DNA of 64,000 bases. Origin: Eledone cirrhosa. Its lineage: Eukaryota. Below are positions 50,064 to 63,577 of the stretch, piece after piece (the first letter of the stretch is position 1; every line of letters begins with the position of its first letter). Below the pieces are notes generated by a model. It saw only the letters and a list, made by a program, of their open reading frames with translations, ran no database searches and was not told where the DNA came from. The translations under genes were made by a program, and so were the position numbers. The stretch is taken from the NCBI GenBank assembly GCA_964016885.1, contig OZ024750.1:6262001-6326000 (forward strand). Reading direction: 5' to 3'.

Positions 50064-51704
50064 GCATATACATGCATATACACACACAGATATATATATA
50101 TATATGTATATATATACACATGCATATATACACATACACACACATATTTATACACATGCACAAACACACACACACATATATATATATATGCATATAAATA
50201 CATATATATTTATATGATACCTATTATAGTGTTCACTTCATTCACGTAAATATAGATATACAATTGATGTACAACATTCATAATACATATTAGATGATTA
50301 GATACAGCTAAGCTACGGTGAGACGGTCTACTAATCTTTTCTTTCGATCACACTATTGACATTTCTATTCAGAATTTGTGTGTGTTTGTGTGTTTTTCTG
50401 TATTACGTGTGTGTATATATGTGCTCGTGTGTGTGTTTGTGTGCATGCCTATGTGTATTTCTGTGTACGTGTCTCTCGGTCTATGTGTAAGTATAAGTAT
50501 AAAATATCTCTGTGTTCAGTTTAAATATGTTTGCGAGTGTATTACATGTTTTCAAGTTTGATGGGTGTTTAGGGGTTTTATATTGTCTTGTTTTTGTTTT
50601 TTTGTCCTCGGATGCTGTTGCTTCTCTCCATGAACATTAATCACACAAGGAAGCCTTTATGTAGTTATATATCTGACAGAAATAGTAGTTAAATTCCCCT
50701 CTATTCTCATCCTGCCATCTTAAACCAAATAAGACACATTGCATAGGGCGTCTTCCATACACTATCTGAAAATAATACATGGACCTGACTGGAACGCATT
50801 GATTTGTTGACCAATGGAGAATTTTGTTCTATAAAAGCAACGCCCTATGCTTTTTTTTCTTCTCATTTCTATATTTCAAAAAGCTCTCTCCAAAGGGCCT
50901 TCACTCTCTTGCCAACAGCAAAAGATTTCTCTGAACTTCTTCCTTTCATTCTACTGACTGTAGTTGCCAAAACCCGACTAGTTTATCTGTATGCAAATGA
51001 GAGGAGCTTACCTTCAGATCGAACTAAGGAAACAATGTTCTAATTAGTCTTTTAATTGATGCTACTATCTGCCGAATGCAACACGTAGCAGAAAGAGCAA
51101 CGTAAATAAAGATCGTATGTCCAACATCTTTGCCACCAGGGAAGGAACTTTCAACCTTTATACAATTCTCTTCAAAAAATAGTATTTGGAAAGCAGGAGA
51201 TTTGTGATTTCGGGCCTTGCTTTTCCGTTTAAAGCAGTTACTATGTAAGTGTGTGTGTGTGTGTGTGGGGGGGGGTTAACGTTTGCTGCATTAGACTGTG
51301 AGAAGCAAGGATCACTTGATCCCGTAGCATATTATACTGATATAGATAACTGAAATACACCTATGAATAAAACAGTATATACTATGTAGTGAGACGGATG
51401 AGGTTGGTGTGTGAGCATGTGGGTTAAATCAGTTTATACAGATATTCATTCTGATGCCGTAACTTTGAACGAGCAAGAAACAATGTTGCTATTTATAGAA
51501 TCTTGCTCCAGATGTCTAAATGAGATCGAAACCTGATCCTAATGATTGTGAAGCGAATCTCTTAAACTTTTTAGTATACTGCATCCACCTTTGAAGTGTA
51601 GCAAAACATTATAAATTCTCATGTACTCCAGCAATGAACCACGAAGTATATGGAACACTCACACACAGACACATGAATTGCATGCATGTTTCCCAGAGCC
51701 TGTG

Positions 51705-52410
<706 letters not shown>

Positions 52411-52939
52411 GTGGGGCTAATGTAATGTATGTACAACATACATCAGACTCAGAAATAATTACTCTACATAAATAGTGCTCTTCAAACATTTATAATATTT
52501 CTTAATTTCGCGAGTATTTATTCGTCATGTCCCTAGAGTATATATTTAGTATTAACCTAACATACCTGACATTATAATATCTTCACCAAGGCAAGCTCTC
52601 GTTGTCATTTGCAACATAAAACATTCATCTTTCGCAAATGCTAGTATACTGTTCTTCTTTTCTTTCGACACGTTTCTCAATCAAAAGCTATTTTTTCATA
52701 TGACGCCGTGAGTTCTGAGTTCTTGTTGGATTTCATTACATTGGAATACTGTAAACCAGTTGCACAGCTCCGGTTACTGCTGACGACTTATTGGCGTCTA
52801 CTAACTATCAGAGCTTGCTGCTACAACAATTTAAATTACGATATTGCTCCCAGGTAATGGTTTATTCGTTTCAGTTACATAACCACCCTATTTTTTTTTT
52901 TATTCTTAATACTTTCACGTATCAGTAACAGCATGAGGT

Positions 52940-53157
52940 CGGTGAATTCACAGGATCGGTAGTGCGTCGGACAACGTGTTTTATGGCATAGGGTTATACC
53001 CCTTTACAATCCGAGTTCAAATCCTGCTGAGGTTAGCTTTGCCTTTCATCCTTACGGGGTCAATAAAATCAGGTACCAGTAAAGCGATTGGGTCTATTTA
53101 ATCGACTTTCTCCTCCCCCAAAATCGTTGGCATAGTGCCTAAATCTGAAACCATTAT
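52940..53157 (+). mobile_element. SINE family 1 copy
   Basis: GAGTTCAAATCC, GCCTTTCATCCTTACGGGGTC, GTGCCTAAATCTGAAACCATTATT. Confidence 0.85.
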
Positions 53158-53260
53158 TTTCGTTAGACATTAAAAATATCTTAGCGGAGCTTAAAGGATT
53201 TTTATTATACAGCCCTTGTTACCTTTCACGCTAGGTCTGAGCATTACCACCACACATCGA

Positions 53261-53300
<40 letters not shown>

Positions 53301-53304
<4 letters not shown>

Positions 53305-53475
53305 GGCTTCAATAGTACTAGAACTGTTTCATTCGGGAGAAATAATCGGGAAGCGTTGATGGGCTTCCTGATGATTTCTCCCGAATGAAACAGTTCTAGT
53401 CCTGTAGAAGCCATTTCTATATTAAATATTTATACTCTGCTATGTATTGAGTACCTTACTTACTTTGGTTACTCC
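53301..53475 (+). mobile_element. Fold-back hammerhead element family C
   Basis: 53301-53354 is an imperfect inverted copy of 53363-53416; tail follows; starts at (TA)n. Confidence 0.85.
53362..53412 (+). ncRNA. Complete type I hammerhead ribozyme (family C)
   Basis: GGCTTC-CTGATGA (53368)-tTTC tccc GAAt-GAAA (53387)-CAG ttctagtc CTG-TA-GAAGCC. 6-bp stem I, stem III ACAG/CTGT, GUA triplet, predicted cleavage after 53406. Confidence 0.85.
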
Positions 53476-53505
53476 CCCCCCCCCCCCGATTGAACCCGGG
53501 ATAAA

Positions 53506-53544
<39 letters not shown>

Positions 53545-53546
<2 letters not shown>

Positions 53547-53657
53547 CGAAGGAAATGTGGTAAGGAACCAGGTGGACCATAACGCACCAAAGTACTCAAT
53601 ACTTAGGGTAGTAGAGTGGGTAATAGGAACAAGTAGGACCCCGAGGGCTGAGCTCAT
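53545..53657 (-). mobile_element. Family B 3' fragment in (TA)n
   Basis: Aligns with 29480-29581 and 9691-9803. Confidence 0.8.
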
Positions 53658-54257
53658 ATATAGAAAGAGAGAGAGGGGTACATAGAGTAATGTGGTAGTA
53701 GTTTCAGATAAAACAATATGTGATATACATCACCATATGTAATGTAGAACCAAATAATTTATATTTGTAGTACTAAACATTGTTTAACTCACTCATCTCT
53801 TTCAACCAATGTCATTTTTTAAACATCCCCTTATCCATGTTTTGTAAAAGCTCAGGTTATTTTAATCAAACAGAACCCATTTTTCCACGGTGAATTATTA
53901 TCATAAATTTCTTATGCTGTATCTTCCAGCATATGCTTCTTTTTAGATATTTGCTTGAACTAGTGCTCCCTATGTTAAATGTTTATGGAAATTAAGAAAA
54001 AAAACATTTTATCAGCCATGGTTTTACTCATTGAAAGTACAATATTTTTCATATTCTAATAGTCTGCAATAAATCTTTGAAAATGTGTTTAGAATATAAG
54101 TGTTGTATATGATTTAAATATTTATTCCTAGGAAATAACATCACTATTCTAAACATCCAGCGCTCTCTATAGCATCCTCCTGTATGCATGCTGCCCCCTT
54201 ACGAGCTCACACTGCCCTCGAGAGTGTGCTATCGCATAGGGTAAGAACCATTAATTT

Positions 54258-54343
<86 letters not shown>

Positions 54344-54369
54344 TGTGTGCATTAAAGTATAAGATAAAG

Positions 54370-54402
<33 letters not shown>

Positions 54403-54756
54403 AATACGATTTATGCATAAAATATATCTACGTACATGCCTTTAGTTTTTATCTTGAATAGCTTTTTTTTTAAATACTTTTTCGGCTTGCATAATCTAAC
54501 TGAATAATGCAATACTTCTGGTCATTCCAAATCAGATTTGACAATTTGATTCAAAGCACCCTTATTCATTTCCACGATTGTGCGTGGAAACATAACAGGC
54601 CAATTACGTTGAAAAAGTTTTTCCTGCATCTAACAGTGTTCCTTTAATTCAACACACAATTGTTCCCCTAACTACAATACCTCTCGAATTCCTCCCCGCC
54701 TAATATTGAGTCGTATCCATGGTCGTAATTATTCAAATAATAGCACATCTATCTCG

Positions 54757-54902
54757 GTGAAGGCGCATGGCTTAGTGTTTAGAGCATTGGGCTTGCAATC
54801 AAAAGGTTGTGAGTTCAATTCTCGGACCGGGTGATGTATTGTTTCCTTGAGCAAGATACTTTATTTCACGTTGCTCCAGTTTACTCAGCTGTAGAAATGA
54901 GA
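54757..54902 (+). mobile_element. SINE family 2 copy
   Basis: GAAGGCGCATGGCTTAGTG head, GAGTTCAATTC B box, CCTTGAGCAAGATAC core. Confidence 0.85.
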
Positions 54903-55902
54903 TGATAGGGATTGGGGTCCTTATCATTAAATTACCCAAGACACCTCCAACGAGATATACCTTGGAGGAGGCCGGCTAAACCTGCATAGGTGTGAGCTGT
55001 AACACACACACACGCACATCTACCTCACCACCTTACGTATGAAGAAAATACTTGTAGAAAGTTGAAAGAAAACAAACATTGAAGCAGAGTAGTATTGAAG
55101 CATTTTTTAAATCGATCCCAGAGGAATACACAAACGTTGATCCTAGCATAAATTGAACGCAGAAGAATAACTCTGGATATTTTAATATATTTGGTATGAC
55201 ATTATAATACCCTAGACGCATTAACCGCCCTAGACTATAAGGTATTAAAATAACTTTAGAAATAAATGAAAAAGTTAGAAGAAAGTTAGACTAAGTTCTG
55301 TTTTGGTAAACCATGAACTAACTCGATCTATATCTTTGGGCGATTAAATAAAATGAACAATCACGTTCTCTTTTTATTGTTTGCATCACATCTTTTCTTC
55401 TCTAATCGATATTTTCCATGAGGATGATTCTCAGATACTACGAAGCTTACAACTCTTCCAAACATACACGCACATTCATATTGACAAACATATAGACGTT
55501 AAATCACTCCAAAACAGAAACGTACAAAACCTTCACACATTGAACACTGTGAATTTCCAAAATCAAATTATATCACTTTTATCATGATATGTGGCTTTCT
55601 AGCCTCGGGGAGACAGTTGTTTATATTTAAAGACATCTCTGACCTTCGCATGCGTATAAAACTCGGAAAACCAGATTCAAAGCTTCGTATCTCAAGCTAA
55701 CTAACTACTCACTTCTTCCTGTGTCTCGTAGGAAATCGTTCACTGACAAAAGAGCTTATTGCTGTAGCCGCCAGAATAACAAAATTGACGCTATACAAAG
55801 GGAATGAATTCACGTCTGAATTCCGAAGTCGAAATAAACTAGTTCAAGATAGTGTTTTTTTATATATGAAGAATCTAACTTTAGTTTTCTGTAAATACAC
55901 TA

Positions 55903-55937
<35 letters not shown>

Positions 55938-56171
55938 TGTACTTGTTTGGTATGTGTTTATTTGTGTTGCTACACGTGTGAATGATGCCAGATATTTTTG
56001 TCAATTTGTTTTGATATTCATCCTTGGAGTAACCCATCGATCTATGTATACATCGATCTACGAATCCATTCAAAACATTCCTATCTAACTATTTATTTAT
56101 ATGCACCTGTCAATTGACCGTTCGATCAATTAGTCGACCTTTGTGTATATATATATATATATATATATACT

Positions 56172-56340
56172 TATTAAATATTTCCTCTACGGGTTTATAT
56201 ATACTACGTGTTTACATATATACACAATTCTTATCGAACCCTCTTCGCATTTAATTATTATTACTATATATGTAACGGGATATTCTGAAGATCTCGTTAA
56301 GGGTGAAAGCAGCAATTTTTTGCTTAAACTTTAATCTGTT

Positions 56341-56345
<5 letters not shown>
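56172..56345 (+). mobile_element. Family E element with tail placed before the hammerhead segment
   Basis: CTGAAGA (56285)-tCTC gttaa GGGt-GAAA (56305)-GCA...TGC-TT; 56172-56252 matches the tail at 15410-15485. Confidence 0.7.
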
Positions 56346-56375
<30 letters not shown>

Positions 56376-56698
56376 ATTTACATATACACAAACTAGACAA
56401 AGTCACAGATATATATGTTTTGGCAACCATTCACGATGTGGCTCAATGATGAATTAATAAATTAAATAATCAGAGCAATATACTGTTGGGTAAATATTCT
56501 ATAGCGGTTGGTCGCAAATAGATTGCTGTCGTTTATTTATCTACTATTTCTTCATAGGTGCCTTTTAATCTTATAGCCTGGTTTAATTGATTTTTTTGTG
56601 TGGTTAATTATGCTAATTGGGAGAGGAAATGGTGTATATATATTATCAAATGATTCTATGGACATACTTTATAGTATATATATATATATATATATATA

Positions 56699-56860
56699 GT
56701 GAAAGAATGAAGAGTAACATGGTTGGCTGTACAAGGCGCTTTATTTCAGGTATTGACAATTGTTTCATTGATCAGGTGAGTCTAGAGGTCGCTAATCGCT
56801 TGAAGTTGCGTCACTCGATCTCCATTACATTATTTACCTCTGATCAACACATCAGAATAT
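56699..56860 (-). mobile_element. Family F element with long-stem-II hammerhead motif, in (TA)n
   Basis: Minus strand TATT-CTGATGT-GTTGATCAG...CTGATCAAT-GAAA-CAATTG-TC-AATA; one core mismatch (T for A). Confidence 0.75.
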
Positions 56861-56932
56861 ATATTTATATATATATATTTATATATATATATATTTATAT
56901 TTATATATATATATATTTATATATATATATTT

Positions 56933-57135
56933 GAAAATGAAAAACACAAAATATAACGACTCCATTACCAAAGGTTTCTGGATCACAGACGATAATAACA
57001 TACGTTTGGATGATCCAGAAACCTTTGGTAATGGAACAGTTATAGTTTGTGTTGTTCACTTTCTAATTAAATAGCTCTGTTCTATACATAGAGCACTCTT
57101 TTTCCCCTTTTTTTCCTTTGCTTTTCCTTCGGAAT
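56933..57135 (+). mobile_element. Fold-back element family D with hammerhead 3' portion
   Basis: Imperfect arms 56933-56985 and 57011-57063; TGGA tga TCCA-GAAA (57018)-CC ttt GG-TA; CUGANGA lost at the inversion point. Confidence 0.7.
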
Positions 57136-57139
57136 TACC

Positions 57140-57141
<2 letters not shown>

Positions 57142-57225
<84 letters not shown>

Positions 57226-57595
57226 CAGCAGTAACAACAACAACGGCAACAACAACAGCAACAATAAGAACAACAACTACTACAACAACAACAACTACTA
57301 CAACGACAACGACAACAACTACTACAACAACAATAACAACGACAACTACAATAACAACGACAACTACTACAACAACGACAACGACAACAACTACTACAAC
57401 AACAATAACAACGACAACTACTACAACAACAACAACTACTACAACAACAACAATAGAAACAACAATAAGTCAATACTTGATTTACTTATTACTTCAACAG
57501 ACATTTCAACGTTGTGTAAAAACTCCCAGAGAATCTCTCCCTCTCTCTCTACCCCACCTCTCTCTCTCTCTCCCCACCTCTCTCTCTCACTCTCT

Positions 57596-57643
<48 letters not shown>

Positions 57644-59000
57644 GTTCGCTCTGTCTTTTAATCTTTCACTCACCCCTCTGTCTCTCTCCATCTCCCTTTC
57701 TCTTTCTCATTCTCTAAATCTCTCTCTTTATCTTCCTATATCTCCCCCCTCTCTCTCTACCTCTCTCTATTTCCCTCTCTCTACCTATCCCCCTCCCTCT
57801 CTCTCCCCCTCTCTCTTTACCTCTCTCTATTTCCCTCTCTCTACCTTCCCCCCTCTCCCCATCTCTCTTTACCTCTCTCTACTTTTCCCCCTCCCCTCTC
57901 TCTACCCCACCCCTCTCTCTCCCTCTCTCTCCCCTACCCAATCCTCCTCACGTTTATTCCCCCAACATTGATTCCTACAATGACACTCGTTTGAAATTGG
58001 AAAGTTACCCACTTAACTCCATTGAAACAGATAGTGTAGTGAAATAACTACCACTACCACTACTACTACCACTACTACCACTATCACTACTACAACTACT
58101 ACCACTACTACCACTACCACTACCACTACTACCACTACTACCACCACTACCACTACTACCACTGAACCACCACCACCACTACTACCATCATTACAACCAG
58201 CACCAACACCCTCATCACGACCACTACAACCACCACCACCACCACCACTACTACTACTACAACCACCACTACTACAACCAACCGCCAGCACCACCACTAC
58301 CACCACTACAAACACTACCACCACCACCACCACTACTACAACCACCACTACTACAACTACCACTACTACTTTATCGGTACAAGATGGCTGACTTAAGAAT
58401 CTCTTCAATGAACCGAGAATTATTTCCGTCATTTGATACTCCTCGAGCTAAAAATAAACTTTTAAATAACCTAACGTTTACCTTGGAGTAGTTGTTGTTG
58501 TTTATCGTTGTTGTTGTTATGGTTGTTGTTGTTGTTGGTGGTGGTGGTGGTGGTGGTAGTGTCGTTGGTGGTGGTGGTGGTGGTAGTGTCGTTGCTGGTG
58601 GTGGTGGTGGTGGTAGTGTCGTTGCTGTTGTTGTTGGTGGTGGTAGTGTCGTTGCTGGTGGTGGTGGTAGTGGTGGTAGTGTCGTTGTTGTTGGTGGTGG
58701 TGGTGTTGGTGGTGTTGTAGTAGTTAATCTTGTTTACCTTTCGTTGTTGTTGTTGTTGTTGTTGTTATAGTTGTTGTTGGTGAAGGTCGTGTTGCTGTTG
58801 TTGTTGTTATTATTATTTTTGTTGCTGTTGGTGTTCTTGTAGTTGTTGGTGTTGGTGTAGTTGTTGTTGGTGGTGTTGTTGGTGTTGGTGTTGGTGTTGT
58901 TGTTGTAGTTGTTGTTGTTGCTGTTGGTTAAGATGTTGTTGTTGTTATTATTTTTGTTGGTGTTGTTGTTGTTGTTGTTGTTGGTGGTGTCGTAGTCGTT
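57142..59000. repeat. Run of simple repeats: (CA)n, (CAA/CTA)n, (CT)n-rich, (CCA/CTA)n, (GGT/GTT)n
   Basis: Direct reading. Confidence 0.95.
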
Positions 59001-59308
59001 GTAGTCATCGACGTCTTTGTTGCTGAGAGTCAGCTCGGGGTGGTGTAACAGTAATATATTTATGTGTTTAGTTCAGAAGGTGTATGGCTGAGTGGTAAGG
59101 GTGTTCGTCTCACGGTTGTGGTAAGGTGAGTTCAATTTCTAGCGATAGGGTGACCTCAGCTATAAGTATACACGGTCCATCTTGTAACGTTTTATCCCCC
59201 AAGAGATAGATATACTAAGTAACAACCGTGTACTAAGGTCTGCTAGTTAATGGTTGAAGTGGGACTAAACAACAACAACAACAACAACAACAGCATCATT
59301 ATTATCAT

Positions 59309-59492
59309 CGGATTAGCAGTATCGGTGGAGAGTTGGACGCCATGCTTTCCAGCATAGTTACGTCCCTTTGCGGTCTGAGTTCAAATCCCGTCGAGGTTAA
59401 CTTTGCCTTTCATCCTTACGGGGTCGATAAAATATAGTACCAGTAATGTACTGAGATAATTGCTGGTCTTGTGCCAAAAGTAGACACAATTA
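59309..59492 (+). mobile_element. SINE family 1 copy (internal-deletion subfamily)
   Basis: Head and core intact; GTACTGAGATAATTGCTGG deletion junction. Confidence 0.85.
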
Positions 59493-60315
59493 TCATCATC
59501 ATCAACATCATTACTTTAGGATTTCTTTAAGTGCTTTACTCTTTCGAAACAGGCTTTTTGTTAGAAATAAGATTCGTTATTTATGAGTGTGTGTGTGTGT
59601 GTGTGTGTACATGAACACACTATATAACAAGCAAACACACGATCATACAAATATATTTAAACACAGTCATTATCAACACATATATGCATACCCCAAGGAC
59701 GCACAGAGAAACATGCTCACACGAATGCGTAAACAAAATGATCAATAAAAACAGCAACAGCAAAAGCTAGAGCATAAAGAGCAGCGACAGCAGCAGCCAC
59801 AACAACAGCAACAACAACAGCAACAACAACACCATCTACAACAATAACAAAAATAGCAACATTTACGAGGAATTTGTATGTGTGTTTAGGACCTCCGACG
59901 GTTTCCAACGACGTGTGTTCCAGTCGTTCGAATAACGGAACTACCTGGTCGTGAAATTAACGTATAATTGGCTGAGCATTTCCACAGACACGTGTACCCT
60001 TTAATGTAGTTTTCAGAGAGATTCAGCGTGACACAGACTGTGACATGGTTAGTCCTTTGAATAACAGGTACAACACATTTTTGCCAGCTGAGAGGACTAG
60101 AGCAATGTGATATAATTTCGTATGACTTTCAAAAAACCGTCATATAAATACATATTTTTTCTTTTTGAATTCCGGATAAATAATCTTTTCTGATTTAGGC
60201 ACAAGACTAGCAATTTTGGGGGAGGGTAAAGTCGATTTTAAATCTTCCCAGTGTATTACTGGTACTTTATTTTATCGATCAAATTATGGATAAAAAAATA
60301 CACAGTATACACCCT

Positions 60316-60420
60316 ATTTCATTCACTTGAAATCACCTGTCCTGGTGATTTCAAACGAATGAAACAGTTTTAGTCCAGTAGAGGATATTTATATTTGAAA
60401 ATATATATGTATCTTCTTAT
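60316..60420 (+). mobile_element. Degenerate family C fold-back element
   Basis: CTGGTGA-TTTC aaac GAAT-GAAA-CAG ttttagtc CAG-TA-GAGG, preceded by a short inverted copy. Confidence 0.7.
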
Positions 60421-60551
60421 TATAAATACATGAATTTGTTTTAGAAATACGGATAAAATATACACAGCGTGTTTTAATGAATGTAGTAAATAAATAGAGT
60501 TTAGTGTTAGAGAAAGAGAAGTGATGAGAGTAAACTTCATATTTAAACGAA

Positions 60552-60700
60552 TTCTACATGATTAGAACTGAAATCACTTTTCGTCTGAAATCATCTTTCC
60601 TGATGCTTCCAAACGAATGGAACAGTTCTAATCATGTAGAAGTTATTTCTCTATAAAAATATATGTATCTTCTCTACTAATGTATCTTATTTTCCATTCC
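60552..60700 (+). mobile_element. Degenerate family C fold-back element
   Basis: TTCTACATGATTAGAACTG (60552) pairs with CAGTTCTAATCATGTAGAA (60623); core decayed to CTGATGC and GGAA. Confidence 0.7.
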
Positions 60701-60727
60701 TCTTCGAAAACCCATTCTTAATCATAC

Positions 60728-60770
<43 letters not shown>

Positions 60771-60774
<4 letters not shown>

Positions 60775-60927
60775 ATTAAATAAATGGAAAACTATATTTA
60801 TAAAACCATATTTATTTCATTATATATATTTCGGGGATATCATATTAACAATATGCTATGCCTTCATCAGACAAAATACAATATAACCCAACAATGTAAC
60901 CCAACAATTTTAAATATAACTTTCCAT
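60771..60927. mobile_element. Internally deleted copy of family A in (TA)n
   Basis: 60771-60886 reads identical to 15681-15796; 60895-60927 matches the tail end 16120-16152. Confidence 0.9.
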
Positions 60928-61053
60928 ATATATATATATATATATATTATTATATTACAATCTGTCTAGCTCTACACCTCTCTACTGACGTGAACCTAGA
61001 TATCGGATGCTCATCAGGGTGAACCTACAGTCACTTCACGTTACATCCCTTGG

Positions 61054-61095
<42 letters not shown>

Positions 61096-61779
61096 GGGGG
61101 GGGTTAGAAAAGGAGAGAGGGGGGGAGGGAGAGGGGTAGATAGCGAGAGAGAGAAAGCGGGAAGAGATTATATGCGTATGTATGAATGATGGTAAATATA
61201 TACATATCGTACATATCTTGTTATTTTCGAAATCGGAGGTTTTTTGTGAGGGGTCGGGGAGGCTGGAGGGACGGGGAGGGGGGGGGGGGGGGGGGGGGGG
61301 GGGGTTGTCGCTATCCGCTGTGCTTTCGACATAGATTTATGCGGTTGGAATACTTCGGTGTCAGGTGATGGCAGCATGTGATATCGATCTAGACATGCTT
61401 TCAATTGATTTCTGGTTCCACAGACTGTCTTCAGATTCCTGCTTCTATTTCCTCTTTTTCTTGTTTTATTTTTCTTCCTCTATCACCCCCCCCCCCCACA
61501 CTCCATCTCATTTTTTCTATTTTTTTTTACCATTATTATTGATGTCTTTGAAACAAATTTCCTTATAAAATAAATATACAAATACAAAAAAAAAATGAAT
61601 TAATAAATAAATAGATAAAGTAATACCATTCCCCCAACGCCCCCCTCTCTCTCTCTCTCTTTAATATATCACTTCTCTCTTCTTTCTCTTCTGTTGGTCG
61701 GTCGATGATATAATTTTTCATTACCAACATCATCTATCACCATCGTCCATTGCCAATATCGTTATTATGATATTTTTAT

Positions 61780-62222
61780 AACCATCATCATCACCATCAT
61801 CATCATCATCATCACCGACGTTATCATCACCATCATCACCCCCACCATCATCATCACCATCATCATCATCATCACTTCCACTATCGTCATCACCACCGAC
61901 ATCACCATCATCATCATCATCATCGTCATCATCGCCATCATCATCATCATTGTCATGATCGCCATCACCGTTATCACCATCATCACCGACATCATCATCA
62001 TCATCATCCTCACCACCATCTTCATCATCATCGTCATCATCATCACCTCCCTACCACCATCATCCCCCCCTCCTCACTACCTCCACCCCCCCCCCCCCAC
62101 TATCATTACCTCCACCACCACCACCGTCATCATCACTACCTCCACCTACATCATCATCATCATCGCCTCCACAATTATCATCATCATCATCAACATCATT
62201 ACTATCACAGTCACTATCACCA

Positions 62223-62282
<60 letters not shown>

Positions 62283-62406
62283 TCTCTCACTCTCCCTCTC
62301 TCTCTCTCAATAATCGTCACGACCTTCCTGTAGCAATTGCACTCCCTGCCAGCATACCACCACAACATCACCAACAACAACATCAACTGTCTTACCACTA
62401 CTACTA

Positions 62407-62466
<60 letters not shown>

Positions 62467-62845
62467 TCACAGCTTACATAAATAACATCAACAATAACAA
62501 CATCAGTACCACCACCCTCAGTACCACTAGTACAATACCACTACCTCACCATTAGTACCATCAGCAATACCGCCACCACTACCTCACCACTGGTACTACA
62601 ACCACCACTACCTCACCACTGGTACTACAACCACCACTACCTCACCACTGGTACTACAACCACCACCTCATCCCTAGTTCCATTACCACCACCTCACCCC
62701 TAGTACCACCATCACCACCACCACCACAAGTACCACCACCACCACCACCACCACCACTAGTACCACCACCACCACCACAAGTACCACCACCACCACCACC
62801 ACCACCACTAGTACCACCACCACCACCACCACCTCACCACTACAT
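61780..62845. repeat. (CAT)n/(CAC)n/(CT)n/(CTA)n simple repeats with a 30-bp tandem unit at 62575-62670
   Basis: Direct reading; CCACTACCTCACCACTGGTACTACAACCA-type units. Confidence 0.9.
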
Positions 62846-63019
62846 ATTCAGTCATTGGCGTCAATGTTATCGATATTTTCAGATTCTTCTCTGGCAGCTT
62901 TACTTCCACTTCCAATCGAACCCAACAACCTTCACCCAGTAAATTGAAATAAACTGATACGCTGCACACACTTTGTTGACTTGCTTGTTTGTTTAACTGT
63001 ATGATTGGTATGCTGGGTA

Positions 63020-63570
63020 GCTGGATGGTTGGGTTGGTTAGCTGGTTGGGTGTTTAGTTAGTCAGTTGGCTGGTTGGTTGGGTAGTTGGGTGTTTAGTTA
63101 GTCAGTTGGCTGGTTGGTTGGGTAGTTGGTTGGGTGTTTAGTTAGTCAGTTGGCTGGTTGGTTGGGTAGTTGGTTGGGTGTTTAGTTAGTCAGTTGGATG
63201 GTTGGGTTGGTTAGCTGGTTGGGTGTTTAGTTAGTCAGTTGGCTGGTTGGTTGGGTAGTTGGTTGGGTGTTTAGTTAGTCAGTTGGCTGGTTGGTTGGGT
63301 AGTTGGTTGGGTGTTTAGTTAGTCAGTTGGCTGGTTGGTTGGGTAGTTGGTTGGGTGTTTAGTTAGTCAGTTGGCTGGTTGGTTGGGTAGTTGGTTGGGT
63401 GTTTAGTTAGTCAGTTGGCTGGTTGGTTGGGTAGTTGGTTGGGTGTTTAGTTAGTCAGTTGGCTGGTTGGTTGGGTAGTTGGTTGGGTGTTTAGTTAGTC
63501 AGTTGGCTGGTTGGTTGGGTAGTTGGTTCGTTGGTTAGCTGGCTGGCTGGGTAGTTATCTGGTTGGTTGG
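63020..63570. repeat. ~44-bp GT-rich minisatellite
   Basis: GGGTGTTTAGTTAGTCAGTTGGCTGGTTGGTTGGGTAGTTGGTT repeated about 11 times with some shorter units. Confidence 0.95.
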
Positions 63571-63577
63571 TGGTTAA

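Noticed and set aside
50850-51050. Possible hAT dimerisation-domain relic (LLPF...YANERS)
   Set aside because: Motif spacing is wrong and similarity is too weak to support by eye
54430-54680. Possible Helitron helicase relic on the minus strand (YSVRLC)
   Set aside because: Only one partial motif
61385-61440. Minus-strand CTGAAGA...GAAA-TCAATTGA hammerhead-like string
   Set aside because: No NUH triplet after the palindrome, and stems I and II do not pair
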